A stretch of 64,000 nt of DNA, taken from positions 1,798,001-1,862,000 of the forward strand of contig OZ176058.1 of assembly GCA_964247055.1 (NCBI GenBank), written 5' to 3'. Below, one piece after another: positions 1 through 11,800 of the stretch. The first letter of the stretch is position 1. Each line of letters starts with the position of its first letter. The notes beneath the pieces were generated by a model, which saw nothing but the letters and a program-made list of their open reading frames with translations, was not told the origin of the DNA and ran no database searches. The position numbers and the translations under genes are program-made. Source of the stretch: Paragordius varius (lineage: Eukaryota > Animalia > Nematomorpha).

Positions 1-39
1 ATTAATATATATTTGATAGTTTCTATATATATAATTTTT

Positions 40-1221
40 TTGTAAAGTATTGTTTTTGAATTGACACGGCTGACAATTATTGTTTTTACACGAAGAATGG
101 CGTAGATTTGGGTTAGTTTTAAGAATTAAAATTAATTTTTTTTTAATTTTAAAATTTTTATAAAATTTAGATATTATTTAAAATGAATATATATTTGATA
201 GTTTCTCTATATATAATTTTTTTGAAAAGTATTGTTTTTGAATTAACACGGCTGACAATTATTGTTTTTACACGAAGAATGGCGTAGATTTGGGTTAGTT
301 TTTGAGATTTTAAAATTAATTTTTTTTAATTTTAATTTTTTTTTGAGAAAATTAATATATTATTTAAAATTTATATATATATATATATTTGATAGTTCCT
401 ATATATATAATTTTTTTGAAAACTAATTGTTTTTGAATTAACACGGCTGACAACTATTGTTTTTACACGAAGAATGGCGTAGATTTGGGTTAGTTTTAAG
501 AATTAAAATTAATTTTTTTTTAATTTTAAAATTTTTATAAAATTTAGATATTATTTAAAATTTTAGTTTTTATTTGAAGTTTTTTTGATTGATTCATGTA
601 TTTATTTTTTTTAATTCAATTTCATGATTTTGGCGAGTGTAAAAAGATTTTTATATTGATATTTTATAAGTTTTTAATAAATTATAAAAAAAATTTAAAA
701 AATCGCCATTTTTTGCTATATATAGTTCAAAAAATATCGTGGATTTTGGGTGACATTATTAGAAATTTTTTTTTGAGAACAGTAAAATATAAATAATTTT
801 TTAATATTAATGATTTATTTTCAATGATTCATATATTTATTTCAACATCATTTTTAATATTTTCAGAGTTTTTTTATTATAATTTTTAAAAAACTGGCCG
901 ATTTTAGCTGTATTTTTGGAAACAAGGCTTAATATTATTTGTTATAGTCTAAGAATGTTGGGTTTTGTAGATTAATTTTGATTTTTTTGAAAATTTTCAG
1001 AAAATAAATTATTTTTTTGGAATTTGTTATAAATTATTGTTTAAAATTGAAATATTTTCCTAAATACAAAATTAAAAATACAGCTAAAAACTATTGTTTT
1101 TAGCACTATGAATGGCGTGGATTTGGGTTAGTTAAAAATTAATTAATTTTTTATGAAAATTTTCTAAATTTTATTTTGAGAACATTAAAATATTATTTAA
1201 AATTATTATTTATTTGATAGT

Positions 1222-1267
<46 letters not shown>

Positions 1268-2355
1268 TTGAAAAGTATTGTTTTTGGATTAAAATACGGC
1301 TGATAATTATTTTTTTTATGCGAAGAATGGTGTGGATTTGGGTTATTATTTGAAATTTTTTTATGTTTAATTTTTAGATATTCTTAAAAAATATAAAAAT
1401 ATAGTAAATTAAATTTTTTTTTGATAATGTTTTTCGAATTTGCGGTTGTTAAAATTTGTAATCAATAAATATTTATTTTATTAATATTTTCTGAGAACGA
1501 ATTTTTATGTTAAAATAATAATTTGATTTATAAAAGGTAGTACAATGGATTAACTAAAAAAAATTATAATAAGATGTAAATTAAACAAAATTTGAAAAAA
1601 TATAAATATAAATTATGATAACAAAAAAATTGCAAAGTGTGCAATGTTCGAAAATTTTGGATATAGTATAAATTAATAAATTTTACGAGAATTCATCAAA
1701 TTATTATTTAACAATATTTATTTTAATAATTTCTTAGTTAAGAATTTTTTGAAACTATAGTTTTTACACGAAGAATGGATTTGAATTATATTTTTGAGAT
1801 TTTTTATTTAATTGATTTTTGACTCTGCAAAAATTGTATTTTGATTGAGTTTTTAACAAATTATAAAAAAAATTGAAAAATGGTCTTTATATATATATAT
1901 ATAATATATTTGAAAACACAGGTGATAGATTTTTTTACAAGAATGGCGTGGATTTGGGTTAATTTTATGAATTAAAATTAATTTTTTTTTTTAATTTTAA
2001 AATTTTTGTTGAGAACATTAAAATATTATTTAAAATGAATATATATATTTAATATTTTTATTTCAACATCATTTTTGATATTTTCAGAGTTTTTTTTATA
2101 ATTTTTAAAAAACTGGCCGATTTTAGCTGTATTTTTGGAAAAAACGGCTGAATATTATTTTTTTACACTAAGAAAATAGCTATTTGGGTTTATAAGATTG
2201 ATTTTAATTTTATATAGAAAACTTTAAGAAAATAAATTATTATTATGGACTTATAAATTTTTGTTTAAAATTGAAATATTTTTCTAAATACAAAATTAAA
2301 AATACAGCTAAAAACTATTGTTTTACACCAAGAATGGCGTGGATTTGGGTTAGTT
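40..2355 (+). repeat. Array of about 10 decayed copies of the 3' end + donor of the upstream SPRY exon (NYCFYTKNGVDLG|gttag)
   Basis: ACGGCTGACAATTATTGTTTTTACACGAAGAATGGCGTAGATTTGG|GTTAG-like blocks near 60, 243, 438, 920, 1075, 1287, 1750, 1915, 2140, 2300; also a ~370-bp duplication 835-1200 vs 2055-2420. Confidence 0.85.
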
Positions 2356-2812
2356 TTAAGAATTAATAAATTTTTTATGAAAATTTTTAAATTTTTTTTG
2401 AGAACCTTAAAATATTATTTTAATTTAACTTAATAATTTATAATAAATTCGATTTTATTATAACAAAAATTAAAATAATACGGAGAATACGTAACAATGT
2501 AAAGGCAAATATTTTTTTCTAAAAAACAACCCCATACCTTTTTAAACCTTAATATTTTCTATATAAGCTATTTAATCACATTTATAAAGTATAAAATTGA
2601 GTAATATTATATATATATATATATATATATCACATTTTGCTATTTTAAATCATCAGTTATATTGATATAAAACTAGTTTTAAAAAGTATGGTTGGTTGGT
2701 TGGTTGGTTATCTTTTAGAAAAAAATATTTGTCTTTATATTTTTACGTTTTGTCCCCATAGTATATATTAATTTAATTATTATATAATTTTTATTATCTT
2801 TTATACCTTTAG

Positions 2813-2835
2813 GTATAGCCTTCTATGATATACCG
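2813..2835 (+). CDS. RANBP9: RanBP9/10 23-nt microexon (G)IAFYDIP
   Basis: ctttag|GTATAGCCTTCTATGATATACCG|gtaaat; supplies the GIAFxDxP motif needed between NGVDLG and PNLYPT. Confidence 0.9.
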
Positions 2836-5800
2836 GTAAATATTTTTTTATAATTTAGAAATTAATTAATTGTTTGTAAAAAAATTTTTAAATGTGATTT
2901 GAATATATTTTTTTTTATATATATAGAAATTTACAATTCAAATTCACCCTTGAACAATTTAAATTTACCCTTGAACAATTTAAATTGACCCTTGAAAAAT
3001 AAATTATATATAACTCTCATCATTAATATAAATTATATTTTTACGACATATTTTTACGATTATTTTTTCAGCCTTATAAAATTTTTAAACCGAATTTCAT
3101 TTTAAAAATATTATATAATTGTTAATCTTATCTTAAAAAACACGTAATTTATTTTAGGGTAAATTCGAATTGATGTTCGAAGGTGAATTTGAATTATTGT
3201 TTAAGGGTTAATTATAGAACTAAACAATGTTGAGGCACAAAAAATTTCTTTAAAATAAATAAATAAAAGATTGTTTTATATAAACAAAATTGTATATATT
3301 TTTTAAATTTTTAACATTTATAAATATATTAAAAGTATTTTTTAAAATTGAATATAAAATAAATTTTAATTCATATAAACAAAATTGTAATATTTTTAGT
3401 ATTTATAAATATTTTATAAAATAATTTTTTAATTATATAAATAAATTTAATTCATATAAACAAAATTGTATATATTTTTAGTTTTTATAAATTATTAGTA
3501 TTTGTAAATATTTTAAATAGTAATTATTTAATCATATATATAAAATAAATTAAAAATTTTTATATTTACATTTTTTTAAAAATTTCTTTTTTATAATTTT
3601 TTTATATGTTCAAATATTTTTAAATTATAATTTTTTAATCATATATATAAAATAATTTTTTTTATATAAACAAAATTGTATATATTTTTTAAATTATTAG
3701 TAGTATTTATAAATATATATTAAAAGTAATTTTTAAATTATAAAAATAAATTTAATTTATATAAACAAAATTGTAATATTTTTAGTATTTATAAATATTT
3801 TATAAAATAATTTTTTAATTATATATAGAAAATTAATTTTTTTAATATTTTAATTTTTATATAGTTTCTTTATCTTAAATATAATTTTTTAATTATATAT
3901 ATATAATAAATTTAATTTTTTTAATAAATTGAATATTTAAATAAATTTATTTTTTTAAAAATTTCTTTTTTTTTCTTTTTTTTCATAAATTAGCCCAACC
4001 TTTACCCAACGGTGGGACTTCAAACCCTGGGTGAAACTATTCAAGCCAATTTTGGGCAGGTGCCCTTCGCTTTTGATATTTTTGACAAAATCAGCTGTTT
4101 ACGACAAAAAGTATATACTTCCATACTCGGCCTTGACGCGAGTAAAGCCTTACACCTCAATAGTATACCTATTTCATTAAGTAAGTTTTTTGTTATACGT
4201 TAAAGTTTTTTGAAAAATGTTGGTAATCGCTAAAGATCAGCTGTTTTTATAAACTAGAAGTATAGTTCACCTAGAATTTGTTTTGATATTTTGATTCATA
4301 AGTTATTTAAAGTTTTTTGAGTTTTTAAACATTTTTGACAAAATCAGCTGTTTACGACAAAAAGTATATACTTCCATACTCGGCCTTGACGCGAGTAAAG
4401 CCTTACACCTCAATAGTATACCTATTTCAAGTAAGTAAGTTTTTACTTTTTTTAAGTTAGTTAACAGCTGTTTTATAAAATAAAAGTTTAGTTTCACCCT
4501 AAAAGTACACATTTTTAATTTAATTATTAAAAGAAATTTTGATTATTAACATTTTTTTAAGTTTTTTGAGTTAAAGAGTATTTTTGACAAAATCAGCTGT
4601 TTACGACAAAAAGTATTTACTTCCATACTCGGCCTTGACGCGAGTAAAGCCTTACACCTTAATAGTATACCTATTTCATTAAGTAAGTTTTTACTTTTTT
4701 AAAAATATTTGTCAAAGTTTTTTTAAAAAAGATGTTTTATATTTAAAAAAATTCAGAGTTAAGATATTTTAGATTTAAGTTTTGATTTTCATAAGTAATG
4801 AAACTTTCTGGAAGTTTTGAGTTATGTTTAAACATTTTTGACAAAATCAGCTGTTTACGACAAAAAGTATTTACTTCCATACTCGGCCTTGACGCGAGTA
4901 AAGCCTTACACCTCAATAGTATACCTATTTCGAGTGAGTAAGTTTTTACTTTTTTGAAAATATTTGCTAAAAATTTGATACTAAAGATCAGCTGTTTTCA
5001 TAAACTAGAAGTATAATTTCACCTAGAATTTGTTTTGATATTTTGATTAATAAGATTTTTTAAGTTTTTTGAGTTGATCTTGACAAAGACAGCCGTTTGA
5101 GGCAAAAAGTATTTACTTCTATACTCGACTTTGACTCAATTAAAGCCTTACGCTTCAATAGTATACCTATTTCATTAAGTAAGTTTTTACTTTTTTTGAA
5201 AATATTTGTCAAAGTTTTTTTGAAAAATATTTGGTAATCGCAAGATCAGCTGTTTTATATTTAGAAATCTATCAGGGCCTTTTACAGGTGTTTAGATTTT
5301 GAAATTTACTAGATTTAATCTTTGGAATTTTTAATTTTTATAAATTAATGAAACTTTTTGGAAGTTTTAAGTTATGTTTAATATTTTTGACAAAATCAGC
5401 TGTTTACGACAAAAAGTATATACTTCTATACTCGGCCTTGACGCGAGTAAAGCCTTACACCTCAATAGTATACCTATTTCATTAAGTAAGTTTTTACTTT
5501 TTTTTCAAAATATTTGTCAAAAAATAAGTTACCAGCTGTTTTATATTTAAAAAAATTCAGAGTTAAGATGTTTTAGATTTAAGTTTTGATTTTCATAAGT
5601 AATGAAACTTTCTGGAAGTTTTGAGTTATGTTTAAACATTTTTGACAAAATCAGCTGTTTAAGACAAAAAGTATTTACTTCCATACTCGGCCTTGACGCG
5701 AGTAAAGCCTTACACCTCAATAGTATACCTATTTCGAGTGAGTTTTTACTTTTTTTGAAAATATTTGTTAAAAAATAAGTTACCAGCTGTTTTATATTTA

Positions 5801-8800
5801 AAAAAATTCAGAGTTAAGATGTTTTAGATTTAAGTTTTGATTTTCATAAGTAATGAAACTTTCTGGAAGTTTTGAGTTATGTTTAAACATTTTTGACAAA
5901 ATCAGCTGTTTAAGACAAAAAGTATTTACTTCCATACTCGGCCTTGACGCGAGTAAAGCCTTACACCTCAATAGTATACCTATTTCAAGTAAGTAAGTTT
6001 TTACTTTATTGAAAATATTTGCTAAAAATTTGATACTAAAGATTAGCTGTTTTATATTTAAAAAAATTCAGAGTTAAGATGTTTTAGATTTAAGTTTTGA
6101 TTTTCATAAGTAATGAAACTTTCTGTAAGTTTTGAGTTATGTTTAAACATTTTTGACAAAATCATCTGTTTACGACAAAAAGTATATACTTCTATACTCG
6201 GCCTTGACGCGAGTAAAGCCTTACACCTCAATAGTATACCTATTTCGAGTGAGTTTTTACTTTTTTTAAGTTCGTTAACAGCTGTTTTATAAAATAAAAG
6301 TTTAGTTTCACCCTAAAAGTACACATTTTTAATTTAATTATTAAAAGAAATTTTGATTATTAACATTTTTTTAAGTTTTTTGAGTTGAAGAGTATTTTTG
6401 ACAAAATCAGCTGTTTTCGACAAAAAGTATTTACTTCTATACTCGGCCTTGACGCGAGTAAAGCCTTACACCTCAATAGTATACCTATTTCGAGTGAGTT
6501 TTTACTTTTTTAAAAAATATTTGTTAAAGTTTTTTTGAAAAATATTTGGTAATCGCAAGATCAGCTGTTTTATATTTAGAAATCTATCAGGGCCTTTTAC
6601 AGGTGTTTAGATTTTGAAATTTACTAGATTTAATCTTTGGAATTTTTAATTTTCATAAATTAATGAAACTTTTTGGAAGTTTCAAGTTATATTTAATATT
6701 TTTGACAAAATCAGCTGTTTACGACAAAAAGTATTTACTTCCATACTCGGCCTTGACGCGAGTAAAGCCTTACACCTCAATAGTATACCTATTTCGTTAA
6801 GTAAGTTTTTACTTTTTTTGAAAATATTTGTCAAAGTTTTTTTGAAAAAGATGTTTTGAGTTACTATAAACTAAAAAACTTTAGTTTTACCCCAAAACTA
6901 CACATTTATAATGTAAGTTTTGATATTTTGATTAATAAGATTTTAAGTTTATTAGGTTGAAGCGCTAAACATTTTTGACAAAATCAGCTGTTTTCGACAA
7001 AAAGTATATACTTCTCTACTCGACCTTAACGTGAGTAATCCTTAAACCTTAATAGTATACCTTTGAGTGAGTTTTTTGAAAATATTTGTTAAAGTTTTTT
7101 TCAAAAGCTGTATTAAGTAACCAGCTGTTTTTCTTAACTAAAAGTTTAGTTTTACCCCAAAAGCACAAAATTTTTAATTAAAGATTTGTGAAATTTTGAT
7201 TAATAAGATTTTTCAAGTTTTTTGAGTTAAGTTAAACATTTATGACAAAATCAGCTATTTGCTTCAAAAAGTATATACTTTTATACTCGGCCTTGATGTG
7301 AGTAAAGGCGTAAACCTCAATACTATACCTTCAACAAGTTAAGTTTAAACTTTTATGAAATTATACGGACAAAACCTAAAAATATAAAGACAAATATTTT
7401 TTCGAAAAGACAACCAACCATACTTTTTTAGATTTAAATTTTTCTCATATAATTGATTTGTTTACAATTCTAAAATATATAATGATTGTGTTACCAATAT
7501 ACATCTCTATTTTATACTTTGTTGTTTTATATTATTTAAATTATCAAGATTTAAAAAGTATGGTTGGCTTTTAATAAAATATATATTTGTCTTTATATTT
7601 TTACGTTTTGTCCTCACGTATAATTTCATGTTTTACTGTATTTTTTTGAAAAAGGTATTTTAAGTTACCAGCTGTTTTTCTAAACTAAAAGTTTAGGTTA
7701 CCCCAAAAGTATACACTGATTTAAGGTTTGAAAGAAATTTTGATTAATAAGCTTTTTTGATTTTTTTGCTTAAACACTCCTGACAAAAACAGCTGTTTGC
7801 GACAAAAAGTATATACTTTTATACTTGGTCTTAACTCGAGTAAAGCCTTACATCTCAATTTGAAAAGTTTTAATTTTTAAAAAAATTTTGGTAAGAATTG
7901 GAAATTCGAAATGCTAAATATCAGCTGTTTTCTATTTAAAATAAATTTCAATGAATTTCTTAACTTTTATTAGATTTAAATTTTAGGGATTTTAAATTAA
8001 CATAAGTTAAAAACACCTTTGGAAATTTTTTTGGCAAAATTTTGTTTAAAAAAATTAGTTGTTTATATATATTTATATATATTTATATATATGTATATAT
8101 ATATATATATATTAGCACCAAACGAATTAAGTTTACTAATTTTACTGATGTTCTATAAACTTAGTTAAATTTAAAATTTAAATAGTTTTTTTTTTATTTC
8201 TCAAAAAATGAATTTCATTTGATAACTTTTTAATGTAATAAATAGTTATTTATATTATATTTTAATTAATTTTATGGCTAAATTTTATATATTGGCCATT
8301 AATTGTAAAATTAATTTTATATATACCATTTACAATTTTAATTCACCCTCGAACAATTCAAATTAACCTCAAAAATAAATTATATGTTTTATAGTTTAAT
8401 TATTTTTTCAACATTATTATATTAATTTTAAATAGAATTTGATATTTTAAAAAAAGATACTAGAAAAAATAATGGTAAATTTTAATCTTTAAACAACACA
8501 TATAATACTTTATTTTAGGAGGGTGAATTTGAATTGTTTAAGAATTGTTCAAGGGTGAATTTGAATTATTCAAGGGTGAATTTGAATTGTTCAAGGGTGA
8601 AATTATTCAATGGTGTTTGAATTGTTTTATGGTAAATTTGAATTGTTTTATGGTAAATTTGAATTGTTTAAGGGTGAATTTGAATTGAGGGTCAATTTGA
8701 ATTGTAGTTGAACTTTAAATGATATATATATATATATATATATATATTAAATTTAGTTTTTTTGTGATAGTTTCATTTTTTAATATCAATATAAATATTT

Positions 8801-11800
8801 TAAAAAACATATAATTTTTATCAGTTTTGTTATAAAACTTTAATATATTGAGGGGATATAATTTATGTCTTTTAAAGCAAGAAAATTTTACAATAAAAAT
8901 GCTCTCTTTTTTTTAATTTGGGTTATTTTTTACTGAATATTTTTTATTAATATATTCAAATAATAAATAAATCAATATATATATATATGTTTAAATTATT
9001 TTTATACATATTTTTTTAGATCATAATAATACCAACCAAAATAATACGCCACCATGGAAAAATCTTATAACCACTTCCAATTGGAATTTGAATAACAGCA
9101 AAAATGCCAAAAATATTAATAATCTTGATTGGGGAACTATTTTACAAAGGTAGTACAGACAGTATTTATAGAAATTTTTAGTAATTTCAATAAAAATTAA
9201 AAAATATTTTACTTTTTAAAAAATTTATTTTATTTAAAATTAAGATATTTGAAACATTATTTGGTTTTTATATATTTTTTCATATATATATATATATATA
9301 TTAATATAAGTTGAAATATGGACAAAATGTAAAATACGGACAAATTTTTTTTTCAAAAAAACCATCTAATACTTTTTATTTATATTTTATACCAAAAAAC
9401 ATTTAATTAGAATCTTAAATATATAATTGATTGTATTACCAATTGATATTTCTATATTTAAATAAATTAAGTTCCAAAAAGTATAATTATTTTTTGAAAA
9501 AAAGAATATTTGTCTTTATATTTTCAAGTTTTGTCCGTATAATTTCATTTTTTACTGTATTAAATTACAATCGTAAAATATATAATTGATTGTGTTTCCA
9601 ATATAAAATTCTATTTTATACTTTATAGTTTAAAACAATGAGTTATATATTTTAAAAAAAAGTTAAATTTATGAAGTATATGGGGGTTATCTTTTTGAAA
9701 AAAAGAATATTTGTCTTTATATTTTCAAGTTTTGTCCGTATAATTTCATTTTTTACTGTAAAAGTACAGTATTTTATGGAATTTTTTTGTAAATCTTCTC
9801 ACAATTTCTTTTATATTTTAATTTTTCAAAATATTTTTTTTAATTTGATATTAAGATATTTAAAACCATTATTTTTTTTATTTTTTATTATTTATTTTTA
9901 ATACTATATATATATATATATATATATAATTCATATATATATATATATATATATAAATTAATAATTTTTTAAATTTTTTTATATAGTATAGTAAATTAAG
10001 GAAAATATTTTGAAAATATAAAATTTATCCAATCATTTTAAAATATCAAAAATTACCATATACACTTTAAATCCACCCTTAAACATTTGAAATTTACCCT
10101 AAAATAAATTATGTCTTTTTAAGATTAAATATTACCTATATTTTTATATATTTTAAAAAAATAAAAATTTGTTAAAATAAAATTGTATAAAATAATAATC
10201 TATGTCACGATTATATATATATATCTATAATGAGTTATATTAGTTAGAAAATATATAATTTAATTAATTTTAGGGTGAATTTAAATTGTTCAAGGGTGAA
10301 TTTTTAAATATTTTGATTTAAATTTATATTTATATTTTGATTTAAAAATAATTTTTAATATTTTATATTAAATAGGATAACATATGATTACTTAATGCAT
10401 CAAGGTTACATAAAAACTGCTCAGTCATTTCTAAGAAATCTAAATGTTTCTACAAGTAAAATATTTTTTTATTTTTTTTTTAATATATTTTTTTATTTTT
10501 TTATAAATTTTAATTTTTTTGGATTTTTAATATTATTATTTTTTTGGTTTATTTATTTTTTTATATTTTGCATTATTAATATAAATGAATAATTTTGGTT
10601 ATTTAATTTTTGATTTTGAATTTTTTAATGTAGTTTTTTTAATTTTGTTTTTTTATTTATTTTATTTTGGATTTTTATTTTATTGAAATTTTATTAATTT
10701 TTTATTTATTTTTATGTTTGTTTTTTTTGGTTTTCTTATTTTTTTCATAAAATATAATTTTAAATTTTTAATATAAATGCATAATTTTGGGATTGATTAT
10801 TAATTTTGCATTTTTTAATTTTTATTTTTTTTGGTTTTTTTATTTTTTAGAAATATAGTTTTAATTTGTATAAAAATTAATTTTTATAACACTTTTTAAT
10901 TAACTTTTTTAATTTTTTTAATTTATACTATTATATTTAGTATAACAACATATAATTAATTAATTAATTAAAAGTTTTTATATTATATAATGAAACATTT
11001 TTTAAATCAATTTTTTAATTTTATTTTATATTTTAGCTAATTCTAAATCGGATGACATCGATGTAGAAAATAGAAAAAGTAATAATTTTTAAAAATTTTA
11101 GTTTTAAATTTAAAAAATAATATTTTTTTAATAATTTTAATTTAAATTTTATATGAATATTTTTAATTATTTTAATTTAATTTTAATTTAAACTATTTCA
11201 TAATATTTTAATTGGATTTTTATTTTTAACCTATTTTATAATATCTTTTCAGGTAATATATGTTTATCTTTTTTGAAATTTAAAATTTAGAATAGACAAA
11301 TATAAATTTTTCAATCACAATTATTATAATTATTTTAATAAAATACTTTATTATTTTTAATTCAAAAATTCAAATGTAAAATTTTTTAAATAAAAAATAA
11401 TATGAACATTTAATTTTTTATAATTTTTTTAAAAATTTACTCTTAAATATTTATTAATTTTTTAGATTTTTTTAAAATAAAATTTATTTTAGAAATTCAA
11501 AATTTAGTACTTTTTATATTATTAATTAAAACATTTACATAAATCCATTTTTTTAAATTTATTAATTTTTTCCTAGAAAGTTTAAATTTATTAATTTTTT
11601 AATAAAATAATAAATTTATTATATTTCTAAATATTAATACATTATTAAAAAATATTTTTATAAAATAATTTAAATATTTAATTCTCATATTTTTATTTAA
11701 AATTTTTATTAATTTTTTGTTAAAAATTTCTTTTATTAATATTTCTTAATATTAAATTAAAATATTAAATTAAAGCCTTAATATCAAAAATTTTTATAAA

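Noticed and set aside
4331-7860. CRISPR-like look (conserved repeat separated by variable spacers)
   Set aside because: Repeats are ~105 bp copies of a eukaryotic exon end, spacers are long and reiterated rather than unique, and there are no cas genes; the context is a spliceosomal intron.
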